In this document: positions 9,382 to 18,835 of the stretch, one piece after another
Layout of the letters: each line of letters begins with the position of its first letter
Numbering within the stretch: position 1 is the first letter of the stretch
Source: an uncultured Thermoplasmata archaeon
Lineage (GTDB): Archaea; Thermoplasmatota; Thermoplasmata; GCA-020350865
Length of the DNA: 55,405 nucleotides
NCBI GenBank assembly: GCA_965371185.1
Contig: CBDUXN010000002.1
Location: 1 to 55,405, forward strand
Direction: 5' to 3'
The notes under the pieces: model-generated
Seen by the model: only the letters and a program-made list of their open reading frames with translations
Told to the model about the DNA's origin: nothing
The model's database searches: none
Made by a program: the position numbers and the translations under genes

Positions 9382-10569
9382 CTACACCCTGCTATGCCTC
9401 CCCTGTTTGGCCTCAGCGGTCTTATAATAAATTTCCATAAGCTCGTTGGAGATGTTATCCCAGGAATAGCGCTTAGCCGCAACAATACAATTATCACTGT
9501 AACTGTCTCTCCCATCTCTTATGACCTTTAAGATGGCATTTTTTACAGGTTCGGATTTTGCTTCCTTGACCAGCTGACCTGTTTTTCCGTCAATCACAAC
9601 CTTGTTAACACCACCCACATCGGTGGACACAACAGGAACACCGCAAGTCAATGCCTCTATAACAACGGTTGGCATCCCCTCAAATTTTGAGCACAAGACG
9701 AGGGCATCAGCACAATTCATGATCTCCGGGATCCTCTTATGCGCCACAGGTTTTAAGAATGTGACCCCTTTTATATCCTGGGTTTTGATTATGTTTTTGA
9801 GCCTCTTCTCTTCCGGCCCCTCTCCTACCAAAACCAATCGTGCTCTTGGCATCTCGGATTTCAGGCTCTTAAAAGCCTGAAGAAGCAGGTCCAGGTCTTT
9901 CTCTATGGAGAACCTGCCGATATAAAGGATGATGACCTCATCTTGGCTGAAGCTGTATTTCCGCCTCATCTTTTTCCTATCCAGGGGCTTGAATATACTT
10001 GTATCCACACCCACAGGAATGACCACGATTCTATCTCCAAGATCGCCACCTTTTTTTGAATAATAATCCTTTGTGGATTGGTTCACAGCTATCAATTTGT
10101 CGATACGGTTCAGGCTCCATTTTTCTATGGAAGTGTATATTCCCCATATTAGGATGTTCTTTCTCGTTTTTATACCTATATCAGGTATGCCGTGCAGCGT
10201 GCACACTTTAGGATATCTCCTGCGGAACAGGATGAACGGGAGCATGAAATCAGGTCGGTGCGCATGAATAATCGAGTTTTTGGACGGCTTCAAAAAAGGT
10301 GTTTTAACGAAGAGCTTCAATAGAAAAATAATGCTTGTTGCCTTCCTCATCTTTAGTGGGATACACTTGATATTATAGTTCTTCAGTTCCTCGTCCTCGA
10401 TCTCGGTGCTGATAAGCGTCACATCCATTCCTTTTTTGCCCAGGGATACCGCTAGACCTGCAATATAAGCCAATGTGCCGCTTGGCTCAGCTTTGAATGG
10501 ATTCTTTCCCGATACCAGGATTATTTTCAGTTTTCTTCCTCCTCTTATTGAGGCGATTAGGGGGTTCAA
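9382..10569 (-). CDS. Glycosyltransferase family 4
   Basis: 395-aa ORF. ..ADALVLCSKFEGMPTVVIEALTCGVPVVSTDVGGVNKVV.. is the GT4 signature. The track start is a TTG codon and there is no nearby ATG, so the start is uncertain. Confidence 0.8.
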   Translation of the reverse strand: MNPLIASIRGGRKLKIILVSGKNPFKAEPSGTLAYIAGLAVSLGKKGMDVTLISTEIEDEELKNYNIKCIPLKMRKATSIIFLLKLFVKTPFLKPSKNSIIHAHRPDFMLPFILFRRRYPKVCTLHGIPDIGIKTRKNILIWGIYTSIEKWSLNRIDKLIAVNQSTKDYYSKKGGDLGDRIVVIPVGVDTSIFKPLDRKKMRRKYSFSQDEVIILYIGRFSIEKDLDLLLQAFKSLKSEMPRARLVLVGEGPEEKRLKNIIKTQDIKGVTFLKPVAHKRIPEIMNCADALVLCSKFEGMPTVVIEALTCGVPVVSTDVGGVNKVVIDGKTGQLVKEAKSEPVKNAILKVIRDGRDSYSDNCIVAAKRYSWDNISNELMEIYYKTAEAKQGRHSRV

Positions 10570-10670
10570 GTAGATAAGGTCAGTATATTAAAAACTATCT
10601 CTGGTTGGTGGTTGTGCGCTGTTCAATGATACTTGCTTTGATGTTTGTATCAACCTTCCCGTTTATCAAT

Positions 10671-10728
10671 CCCACCCATCGTGTTCCTCCACCATCCATT
10701 ACCCACCACCAATGTCCCTTCCACACGC
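10671..10728. repeat. C-rich intergenic tract (G-rich on the sense strand of the downstream minus-strand gene), loose copy
   Basis: cccacccatcgtgttcctccaccatccattacccaccaccaatgtcccttccacacgc lies 100-160 nt upstream of the GT4 start at 10569. Confidence 0.3.
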
Positions 10729-10802
10729 TCATCATCCTCGTGCAATACCATGAAAATCAAAAGTCTTATCTATACCAAACCAATACATGCTCTGTTGGGA
10801 AT

Positions 10803-12059
10803 ATGGGCAAGAAAATCTGCATCCTGGGTCTTGGTTACATAGGACTACCTACAGCCGGCATGCTTGCCACGTACGGGTATGATGTTATAGGCGTGGATGT
10901 AGATGAGAAAATCGTAAAAAAAATGGTCAACGGGGAGGTTCACATAAGGGAAGCAGGACTTGAAACGCTGGTACAGGCTGCATTGAAGTCAAGACGACTT
11001 CAGGTTCGAACAGCGCCTCAAAAGGCGGATGTATTCATAGTATGCGTCCCAACACCCATCGATGATGAGACAAAGAAGCCAGATCTCCGCTTTGTTGAAT
11101 CTGCTGTTGAGAGCGTCCTTCCTCATCTCCAAAAGGGCAACTTGATAATAGTGGAATCTACGGTGCCTCCGTCGGCTAATAAAAACCTCGTTATCCCGAT
11201 TCTGGAAAAAAGTGGATTGGAAGTTGGAAAGGAGCTGTTTGTGGCATACTGCCCAGAGAGGGTTTTACCGGGCAAGATACTCACGGAGCTTGTGAACAAT
11301 GACAGGATAATCGGGGGCGTGGATAAGAAATCAGCTGAGATGGCCAAGGAGCTCTACAGATCCTTTGTGGAGGGTGACATTCACCTGACAGATATCGAAA
11401 CTGCTGAAATGGCGAAGTTGATTGAAAACACTTTCAGAGATGTGAACATAGCCCTAGCCAACGAATATTTGAAGGTATCAGAGCGTGTGGGCGTAGATGT
11501 TTGGAAGGCCATTGAACTGGCGAATAAACATCCGAGGGTCAACATTCATTATCCAGGTCCCGGGGTCGGTGGCCACTGTATTGCAGTTGATCCATGGTTC
11601 ATTGTGAAGGCGGATGAAGAGGACACAATTCTCATCAGAACCGCCAGAAAGACCAACGACGGGATGCCGAACTTCATCGTTAATGTCATGGAAAAGGAAT
11701 TGGAAGGGATTGAGAACCCGACGGTAACGGTATTCGGGGTTGCATATAAAGGGAATGTAGGTGATACACGTCAATCACCAGCCCGACAAATCATTTCCCT
11801 TCTGATGGAAAGGGGATACGAGGTCAGAGCTTATGATCCCTTGGTAGAGGATTTCCATTACGAGCTTTTACCCTTGGAGAAGGCTGTGGACAATTCTGAC
11901 TGTATAGTAGTTCTGGCAGATCATAGAATTTTCAACAATTTGGACCTAGAAGTAATTTTTTCGCTGATGAGGAATAAAAGGGTCATCGATACCAAGAACT
12001 GCCTCTCCCCAAATTGGGAAAAAGCAGGTTTCAGTGTCAGGATTTTAGGAAATGGATAA
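10803..12059 (+). CDS. wecC: UDP-N-acetyl-D-mannosamine (UDP-sugar) 6-dehydrogenase family
   Basis: Start taken at ATG 10803 (MGKKICILGLGYIGLPTAGMLA, the NAD-binding GxGxxG). The catalytic-Cys region GPGVGGHCIAVDPWF is present. Immediately followed by wecB. The track's TTG extension from 10605 runs through a C-rich intergenic tract. Confidence 0.8.
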   Translation: MGKKICILGLGYIGLPTAGMLATYGYDVIGVDVDEKIVKKMVNGEVHIREAGLETLVQAALKSRRLQVRTAPQKADVFIVCVPTPIDDETKKPDLRFVESAVESVLPHLQKGNLIIVESTVPPSANKNLVIPILEKSGLEVGKELFVAYCPERVLPGKILTELVNNDRIIGGVDKKSAEMAKELYRSFVEGDIHLTDIETAEMAKLIENTFRDVNIALANEYLKVSERVGVDVWKAIELANKHPRVNIHYPGPGVGGHCIAVDPWFIVKADEEDTILIRTARKTNDGMPNFIVNVMEKELEGIENPTVTVFGVAYKGNVGDTRQSPARQIISLLMERGYEVRAYDPLVEDFHYELLPLEKAVDNSDCIVVLADHRIFNNLDLEVIFSLMRNKRVIDTKNCLSPNWEKAGFSVRILGNG

Positions 12060-12061
12060 TA

Positions 12062-13153
12062 ATGAGGATTTGCATTGTTGCGGGTACCCGCCCGGAAATA
12101 ATCAAAATGTCACCGATTATCAGGGAATGTAAGGAGAGAGGCATTGATTACCTGATGATTCATACGAACCAGCATTATTCCTACAATATGGACAAGATAT
12201 TCTTTGAGGAGCTGGCCCTCCAAGAACCTGAATACAATTTGGAGATAGGCTCCGGAACCCACGGCGCTCAAACCGGGAAGATGATCATCGAACTGGAAAA
12301 AAGGCTGATGAGGGAAAAACCTGATGTCGTTTTGGTAGAGGGAGATACGAACACGGTTTTGGCAGGAGCCCTCACAGCCTCGAGATGTCGAATAGATGTT
12401 GGGCATGTGGAGGCAGGTCTGAGAAGCTTTGATAGAACCATGCCCGAAGAAATCAACAGAATGTTGACGGATCATCTATCCTCGTACCTGTTCGCTCCCA
12501 CCCCTATCTCAAAGAGCAACTTGATGGGCGAGGGCATCAGAGAGGATTGGGTATATGTCGTAGGAAACACGATCGTGGACGCCACGATACATCACCTGGA
12601 GCTTGCCAGGAGAAAATCGAATATTTTAGAAGATTTGCAGTTGACGGAAAAAGGCTATTTTCTGCTCACGATCCATCGCCAGGAGAATGTTGACGATGAG
12701 GAGAGGCTGAACAAGATAATCACCTCCCTAAGGGAAATCGATAAAAAGTACGATATACCGATCATCTACCCGATACACCCAAGATCAGAAAAGATGATGA
12801 AAAAATTCGGCTTGAAAACGCAATTGGAGGGGATCAACAACATAAAATTGATTGAGCCAGTGGGTTATATGGATTTTCTTGTCCTCGAGAGGAACGCGAA
12901 GCTTGTACTTACGGACTCGGGTGGCGTTCAAGAAGAAGCTTGCATATTGAATGTTCCCTGCGTGACGTTGAGATACAATACCGAGAGACCTGAGACCGTG
13001 GAAGTAGGCAAAAATATGGTTGTTGGGGTCGAAAGCGAAAATGTGTTGAAGGGTGTGGAGGAGATGTTGAAAAGGGATTTGAGCGACAAAAATCCATTTG
13101 GAGACGGAAGAACCGGAAAGAAAATAGTGGATATTATGATTGAATCCGTTTAG
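12062..13153 (+). CDS. wecB: UDP-N-acetylglucosamine 2-epimerase (non-hydrolysing type)
   Basis: MRICIVAGTRPEIIKMSPII.., ..VLVEGDTNTVLAGALTA.., HVEAGLRSFDRTMPEEINR and DSGGVQEEA are classic WecB/MnaA motifs. The ATG lies 3 nt after the wecC stop. Confidence 0.9.
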   Translation: MRICIVAGTRPEIIKMSPIIRECKERGIDYLMIHTNQHYSYNMDKIFFEELALQEPEYNLEIGSGTHGAQTGKMIIELEKRLMREKPDVVLVEGDTNTVLAGALTASRCRIDVGHVEAGLRSFDRTMPEEINRMLTDHLSSYLFAPTPISKSNLMGEGIREDWVYVVGNTIVDATIHHLELARRKSNILEDLQLTEKGYFLLTIHRQENVDDEERLNKIITSLREIDKKYDIPIIYPIHPRSEKMMKKFGLKTQLEGINNIKLIEPVGYMDFLVLERNAKLVLTDSGGVQEEACILNVPCVTLRYNTERPETVEVGKNMVVGVESENVLKGVEEMLKRDLSDKNPFGDGRTGKKIVDIMIESV

Positions 13154-13176
13154 ATAAATTCCGTTTGGCCCTAAAT

Positions 13177-14403
13177 TTAATCGTAGAGGCCTAATAGCCT
13201 TTTCTTCATTACTTCCCAGGTGTGCTTTTTGTAGATCTCTCTGGCCTTACCCACCATTTTTTCTGTTTCAACTTTATTTTGGTAGATATACTTTATCTTC
13301 TCAGCCAGATCGCTCTCATTTTCTGGTTCGTAGTAGACTGCGGCATAATCACCAAGTAATGCATACAATCCCTTCAGACGGCAGGCTATGATAGGTTTGC
13401 CCAAGGCTATGTATTCAAACACCTTGTTCGGCATAGCGAATTCGGTCATGGGGTTCTTAACGTAGGAAATTATTCCATAATGCGACTGGTCTAAATAACC
13501 TGCCACATCCTCTCCCCTCAATTCACCGCCAAAATACACTTTGTCTCCAAGGCCAAAGTTATTTGCAAGTGTTTTTAGTTCATCCTTGTACCCTACGCCA
13601 CCGAGCCCATAGGTATGTCCAAAGAGTATAAAAAAGATCTCTGGAATGTCCTTTTGAACTTTGGCCATGGCCTTTATTATGACCTCGATGTTCCGTTCAG
13701 GATTTATTCCCCCAACATATACGGTAATAAATTTTCCATCCAATCCCAGCTGAGCCTTGAAATCCTTCAGATCCCTTTTCACAAAAATTTTTTCGTCAGG
13801 GGTGTTCATTATTACGATGATCTTATTGGACGGGACACCTCTGTCCACAATAACTTCCTTTCTCACATCGTTAACAGTAATAACATGATCAGCGAAAGTG
13901 GTGCTGATCTTCTCCAGCACACATACTATTTTCACCGCGGGGGAGCTCATGTCTTTGTTAAACCGCGCGGCGAAAATCTCGGGCATGACCTCATGCAGGT
14001 CTAAAATGATCTTCTTTCCCTTCAGCTTCAGCATTATGGCCACAAAAACGAGGAAATCGGGCAAAGAATGCACATGAACGACATCGTATTTTCTTTTGGA
14101 GTCCAATCTGTTCAATGTGATAAAGACCTGGAGAAAAAACAGGGTATAGTGGTAAAGATATCGAAGGTAACCCCCCCTTTTATGGGTCAGGGAAACCCTG
14201 TGAATATTCACACCGTTGAAGGAACTTGACCTATCTTCGTCCTCCCCTCTCAAGCAGATAACGTCCACCGAATACCCCTCCTCGATCAAGGCCTCAGCAG
14301 CCCTTCTAACCCTTGGATCGAAGGGATAAAACGAATAAACCGGCATGCAGACCGTCTTCTTTTTCAGATTCTTTTCCATGATCTCATTCAACCCCCGCAA
14401 CAT
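13177..14403 (-). CDS. Glycosyltransferase family 4
   Basis: 408-aa ORF with a GT-B layout; the C-terminal half carries ..MPNKVFEYIALGKPIIACRLKG... Possible later start MEKNLKK (14379), which removes the overlap with the upstream deacetylase gene. Confidence 0.7.
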   Translation of the reverse strand: MLRGLNEIMEKNLKKKTVCMPVYSFYPFDPRVRRAAEALIEEGYSVDVICLRGEDEDRSSSFNGVNIHRVSLTHKRGGYLRYLYHYTLFFLQVFITLNRLDSKRKYDVVHVHSLPDFLVFVAIMLKLKGKKIILDLHEVMPEIFAARFNKDMSSPAVKIVCVLEKISTTFADHVITVNDVRKEVIVDRGVPSNKIIVIMNTPDEKIFVKRDLKDFKAQLGLDGKFITVYVGGINPERNIEVIIKAMAKVQKDIPEIFFILFGHTYGLGGVGYKDELKTLANNFGLGDKVYFGGELRGEDVAGYLDQSHYGIISYVKNPMTEFAMPNKVFEYIALGKPIIACRLKGLYALLGDYAAVYYEPENESDLAEKIKYIYQNKVETEKMVGKAREIYKKHTWEVMKKRLLGLYD

Positions 14404-15232
14404 CCCTATACTGGATGAACTCGACCTTCTTGCTAACGTAATCTATAAACGTCTCCAGGCCTTCAAGCGCCTTTTTTCCTCTATTTTTCTTATGCCTTCT
14501 TGGCAACCCATCCCAAAGTGTGATTTCATTATCGCCTAACACCTCCCATGGGTGAAGGTAGAAAACCACGGGGTCAAAAAAATGAGAGGAGATATTGAAT
14601 AAATTACACACCCTCTTGGCGCCGAATGATCTAATTGCAGACAGGGTGAGAGGAACTATGAAGGCGGAGATAGGTACCTCCAATACACTGGAATCGCCTT
14701 TTTTGAAGATATTTTGCCTTGAAGGATGATAGGGCCGTGTGGGAGCAAAGAACGCCTTCACATTGTTTCCCACTCCAAGACCGAAATCAAAACGTAGGGC
14801 TGTGACGGAACTGTCGCAAATATATCCTTGATTTTCCAAGGCCTTTATCGTATCGCTGCTCGCTTTGGCATAGGGAGCTCGAAAGATCTTTACTTCATCG
14901 GTAATTGCACTCTTTATGGCATTGGTGGCATTCTCGATCTTTTTAACCTGCTCATCCAGATCTATATCAATGAAATTCTCTGCCATGTCGATACCATGGG
15001 AATACCCATGGCAACCGATTTCATGTCCGTTATTGTGGATTTCTTTTACCGGGGATTTGTATTCCTCAGCGAACTTACCGGCAATAAAAAACGTGGCTTT
15101 GACCCCCTTCCCCTCCAGAAGGTCGAGGATTCTCTCTATACCAGCTTCGCTCCCTGGGAAGTGGTCCACATCGACAGTCAATATCATCCTTTTTTCCATA
15201 CTCAACCGTTCCCTTCTTTTCTCTATTGTCAT
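14384..15232 (-). CDS. Polysaccharide deacetylase (CE4-like), second copy
   Basis: ILTVDVDH and GHEIGCHGYSHG motifs parallel the 2878-3732 gene. Possible start at MEKRMIL. Confidence 0.75.
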   Translation of the reverse strand: MTIEKRRERLSMEKRMILTVDVDHFPGSEAGIERILDLLEGKGVKATFFIAGKFAEEYKSPVKEIHNNGHEIGCHGYSHGIDMAENFIDIDLDEQVKKIENATNAIKSAITDEVKIFRAPYAKASSDTIKALENQGYICDSSVTALRFDFGLGVGNNVKAFFAPTRPYHPSRQNIFKKGDSSVLEVPISAFIVPLTLSAIRSFGAKRVCNLFNISSHFFDPVVFYLHPWEVLGDNEITLWDGLPRRHKKNRGKKALEGLETFIDYVSKKVEFIQYRDVAGVE

Positions 15233-15250
15233 TGTATTTCAACTTACAGT

Positions 15251-15280
15251 TCGCCGCCTTGCCCCCACCGCCCGCCCTCA
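15251..15280. repeat. C-rich intergenic motif copy
   Basis: tcgccgccttgcccccaccgcccgccctca lies 20-50 nt upstream of the deacetylase start (15232, minus strand). Confidence 0.35.
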
Positions 15281-15357
15281 TTTCAGATCAACGGAGTGTC
15301 AACCCTTCGAGTTCACATGGCCCTATTGTTATGAACATTGATTTAAGTATCGATTCA

Positions 15358-16434
15358 TTATACCACATCCGAATCCCCCCAAGTGATGAGCCAGTTTTGG
15401 GGATTTTTTACGGCATCGAGATCGATGTCCTTGGAGATTGGATAGATTATAAAAGGTTGGGGTTTTGGGTTAAGTTTTTGAGGGCTTGGCATAAACCCGC
15501 ACTTTCTCAGCACCCCATTATATTCGCCCCATTTTGGCATCATGCACGCTATCGCATCAACCTCCTTTTTTTTCAGATATTCAACAGCTTTTAGAACAAG
15601 TGCGTGGGCAACGTTCTCATAGTTAGGCAGTGCCAGGATATCCACTATGAGTCCATTCCTCAGTCCAAATAGCTCCATCACCCTAACAACCACAAAACCC
15701 AATATGCGGTCATCTTTCTCCGCAACGAATACCTGATAATGTTTCTCAGGGCACTCAGCATATCTCCAATTCAGATACCTGCTATCACGCTGTAAGATTA
15801 CATTATGGGGTGAACATGCCTTCTCCCAAAACCTGTCAAATCTCCTGTCGAACCTCTCTATGGTTTTTATAACGATATCGCCTTCTATATTCGCCTTCCT
15901 AGACCTATAAACCACTTTAAATAGAAATCTACCAAACAGTTGGCTAAAGAGGCCGAGAACCCTATTGGCAACCAGTTTTTTTGAGACGTTCTTAAAGTTA
16001 ACTGGCCTCACCATCACATCCGGTGTGAACAGCTCTATGCACCCCATCTTCCTGTGACCAGGTAATGCCTTTTCATTGGGAAACCCAATCACGATGCTAA
16101 CCCCTTCTTCTTCTAAATCGGATAACAGCCTTTTTCCAAGGGCAACGAATATGCCACGGCGGGCATAATCCGGATGGGTCATACCGTCAACCTCCAGGGA
16201 GGAGAGGGCCTTCGTTTGTCCAATTTTAATACTGCGGTGAAGGGCAGCAAGATGGGCCATAAGATTCTCTTCTTCATCCTCTGCGATCAAAGCCTTGAAA
16301 CCATCAGGGTTCTTTTTGAATTCCCAATTCCACTGCACCGTTGTCCTTGTCTTGTTGAATATGAAATTGAAGAGAGGCACTATCCTTTGCTCATCGCCGT
16401 CCTCGTAGTCCCTTATCGACCAATTTTTTCCCAT
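15358..16434 (-). CDS. GNAT-family acetyltransferase, two-domain (about 358 aa)
   Basis: The N-terminal GNAT core is ..MTHPDYARRGIFVALGKRLLSDLEEEG... A second GNAT-like lobe lies in the C-terminal half. Confidence 0.6.
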   Translation of the reverse strand: MGKNWSIRDYEDGDEQRIVPLFNFIFNKTRTTVQWNWEFKKNPDGFKALIAEDEEENLMAHLAALHRSIKIGQTKALSSLEVDGMTHPDYARRGIFVALGKRLLSDLEEEGVSIVIGFPNEKALPGHRKMGCIELFTPDVMVRPVNFKNVSKKLVANRVLGLFSQLFGRFLFKVVYRSRKANIEGDIVIKTIERFDRRFDRFWEKACSPHNVILQRDSRYLNWRYAECPEKHYQVFVAEKDDRILGFVVVRVMELFGLRNGLIVDILALPNYENVAHALVLKAVEYLKKKEVDAIACMMPKWGEYNGVLRKCGFMPSPQKLNPKPQPFIIYPISKDIDLDAVKNPQNWLITWGDSDVV

Positions 16435-16467
16435 TATTTACGACCCCAAATTTCAAATTACTCCTGG

Positions 16468-17547
16468 TTATCCTCCCCTCTCAACGAGAAAATCCACGAT
16501 TCTTTCAGAAGCCTTTCCATCACCGAACGGATTGATTTCATGGTCAATCTTAGTATCATGCATTCGTCTTACCCCATCGGCGATTACTTTTTGGTCTGCC
16601 CCAACGAGAATATTTGCATTCAAATCCAAAGTCTCTGTCCATTCGGTGTTATCCCGCAGTGTTACGCACGGGACCCTCAGCAAGAAAGCTTCTTTCTGCA
16701 CACCGCCTGAATCCGTTATCATCACCTTTGCATTTGAGAGCAGGAACAGGAACTCAAGGTAGCCTATTGGTTTCATCTCCCGCACCATATCAGAATTCTT
16801 GATATCATCCCATAATCCGAACTCCGTCAACTTCTTTTTTGTGCGTGGATGTACTGGGAACAAGAGCGTTTTATCCAAGGCCAAAAGCGCCCTGATGATG
16901 TTCTCCAACCTCTTCCTGTTGTCCGTGTTCTCAGCCCGGTGAACTGTTACAAGATAGTAATCATCTTCAAATCGATATTTCTCAGAAAAATTGCTTTTTG
17001 CAAGGCTGAGATGATCAAAGCAAGCTTCAACCATGGTGTCCCCAAAATGATGTATTTTATCCTCTGATACGCCCTCTTCTTCTAGATTTTTAACAGCGGT
17101 GGTTGTGGGGCAAAAAAGGGCATCTGAGCAACGGTCGATTAAAATCCTATTGATCTCCTCTGGCATGGTCCTGTCAAAGGATCTCAGTCCCGCTTCCACA
17201 TGGCATGTCTCCACCCCCCGAATTTTTGTGGATGCCAATGCACCTGCTAAACTCGTATTGGTGTCTCCAGGAACGATGACAAAATCGGGCATCTCCTTTG
17301 CGATTACACTCTCAATTTTTATGAGCATATTGCCGATCTGATAACCGTGGCTACCAGAGCCCACATCAAGGAAATGATCTGTTCTCGGCAATTCGAGCTC
17401 GTTCAGAAATATCTGGTTCATCTCCCTATCGTAATGCTGTCCTGTGTGCACTAGCACATGTTGAATACCCCTTCCCAGTATCTCTTTGATCACAGGCGCC
17501 ATCTTCACAAAATTCGGCCTAGTCCCCACTACGGACAGTACTTTCAT
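16468..17547 (-). CDS. wecB: UDP-N-acetylglucosamine 2-epimerase, second diverged copy
   Basis: MKVLSVVGTRPNFVKMAPV.., ..VIVPGDTNTSLAGALAS.., HVEAGLRSFDRTMPEEINR and DSGGVQKEA. Confidence 0.9.
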   Translation of the reverse strand: MKVLSVVGTRPNFVKMAPVIKEILGRGIQHVLVHTGQHYDREMNQIFLNELELPRTDHFLDVGSGSHGYQIGNMLIKIESVIAKEMPDFVIVPGDTNTSLAGALASTKIRGVETCHVEAGLRSFDRTMPEEINRILIDRCSDALFCPTTTAVKNLEEEGVSEDKIHHFGDTMVEACFDHLSLAKSNFSEKYRFEDDYYLVTVHRAENTDNRKRLENIIRALLALDKTLLFPVHPRTKKKLTEFGLWDDIKNSDMVREMKPIGYLEFLFLLSNAKVMITDSGGVQKEAFLLRVPCVTLRDNTEWTETLDLNANILVGADQKVIADGVRRMHDTKIDHEINPFGDGKASERIVDFLVERGG

Positions 17548-17638
17548 ATTTTCTCCTCAAGAGTATAAGACACAAATCGATATGATATTTTGCCAGTATT
17601 TTAGTTTTTCCGTGTTTTATCGGTAGAGGTTTATATGG

Positions 17639-17660
17639 CCCACCGCCGTCCTCCCTCCAT
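17639..17660. repeat. C-rich intergenic motif copy (best-conserved form)
   Basis: cccaccgccgtcctccctccat lies about 95-110 nt upstream of wecB copy 2 (start 17547, minus strand). A second tract ccatcccccaacctcccgccc sits at 17700-17720. Confidence 0.4.
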
Positions 17661-17774
17661 TATTCCATTGGCCATTAGGATATCAGGTTGAACCCGCTAC
17701 CATCCCCCAACCTCCCGCCCTTTTTAGATCCAAGGTGAGATATCCATGGATGGAAAACCTCCATAATCCTAACC

Positions 17775-17782
17775 TTTATAAA
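17775..17782 (+). promoter_or_regulatory. Candidate archaeal TATA box for the Gfo/Idh/MocA gene
   Basis: TTTATAAA is centred about 32 nt upstream of ATG 17811, implying a very short leader. Confidence 0.35.
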
Positions 17783-17810
17783 TTAATAAACCCCTTCAAC
17801 AGCGAAGAGC

Positions 17811-18794
17811 ATGCTCAATGTTGGGGTAATAGGCGTAGGCATGATGGGGCAGAACCATGCAAGGGTTTACTCTGAGATAGCGAATTTGATCGGCATCGCT
17901 GATTCGGACGAAAATGCGGTTAGTGAGATATCAAAAAGGTTCAATGTAAAAGGTTACCTCAAATTTCATGAATTGCTCAAGAACAAAGACCTGGACGCGG
18001 TGACGGTTTCCACCCCTACTTCCACCCATTTTGAAGTGGCGAACGCGGCAATTGAGGCTGGAAAACATGTTTTAATCGAAAAACCCATGTGCGGTGAGTT
18101 GGAGCCCGCGAGAACCTTGACAGCGAACGCAAAGAAGAAAGGCGTGGTTCTGGCTGTGGGGTACATCGAGAGACATAACCCAGTAGTGGGATTTACCAGG
18201 AACCTGCTGGAAAAAAACCAATTTGGAGAGGTTATATCAATATCCTCAAGGAGGGTCAGCTCATTCCCCTCCCGAGTCAAGGACGTGGGTGTTATTTTGG
18301 ATCTCGGTATTCATGACATCGATGTGATAAGGTATCTCATGGGCACAAGTATCAAGAGCGTTTATGCTCTGGCAGGCAACTCGGGAGACACGGAGTTTGA
18401 GGATCATGCCAACATCCTTCTTGAGTTTGAAAACGGTGTATTCGCTTTTATAGAGGTGAATTGGCTCACGCCCATGAAGGTTAGAAAAGTTGCACTAACA
18501 TGTTCAAAGAACTTTGTGGAGATGGACTACATCAACCAGTTCCTTCATATTTCCTCCTCGATCATGAAAAGGATCGATACCGGTAACCTTTACAGGATCC
18601 CGCAGGAGTACGAGGAAAGGAAAATCGAACTGGAGAGGAGAGAACCTCTTAGAAATGAACTTACCGATTTTTTAAGTGCGATTGAGGACGGTGGCTCGCC
18701 TTTGATACCTGGAGAAGAAGGTGTCGAGACCTTGGAGATCGCGCATGCCGCCATGCTTTCCGCTAAGAATGGGATGAAGGTTGAAATTGGATGA
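17811..18794 (+). CDS. Gfo/Idh/MocA-family NAD(P)-dependent sugar oxidoreductase (WbpB-like candidate)
   Basis: MLNVGVIGVGMMGQNHARVY.. Rossmann N-terminus and ..AGKHVLIEKPM.. motif; 327 aa. Confidence 0.8.
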   Translation: MLNVGVIGVGMMGQNHARVYSEIANLIGIADSDENAVSEISKRFNVKGYLKFHELLKNKDLDAVTVSTPTSTHFEVANAAIEAGKHVLIEKPMCGELEPARTLTANAKKKGVVLAVGYIERHNPVVGFTRNLLEKNQFGEVISISSRRVSSFPSRVKDVGVILDLGIHDIDVIRYLMGTSIKSVYALAGNSGDTEFEDHANILLEFENGVFAFIEVNWLTPMKVRKVALTCSKNFVEMDYINQFLHISSSIMKRIDTGNLYRIPQEYEERKIELERREPLRNELTDFLSAIEDGGSPLIPGEEGVETLEIAHAAMLSAKNGMKVEIG

Positions 18795-18835
18795 TTTGAC
18801 AAATTTATGAATCATATGAGATAGGAGGTTGAGAA

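Noticed and set aside
10605-10802. 66-aa N-terminal extension of the wecC ORF from a TTG codon
   Set aside because: The extension translates the C-rich intergenic tract (Pro/His/Thr-rich). The canonical NAD-binding N-terminus starts at ATG 10803.
17639-17668. Idea that the G-rich motif encodes a 9-codon upstream ORF (minus strand: ATGGAGGGAGGACGGCGGTGGGCCATATAA; likewise ATGGAGGTGAGGGCGGCGTGCGGGTTTTAG at 44921-44950)
   Set aside because: Only two of the six copies have an ATG and a stop in that arrangement, and the peptides are unrelated. It is more likely a coincidence of the ATGGAGG core.
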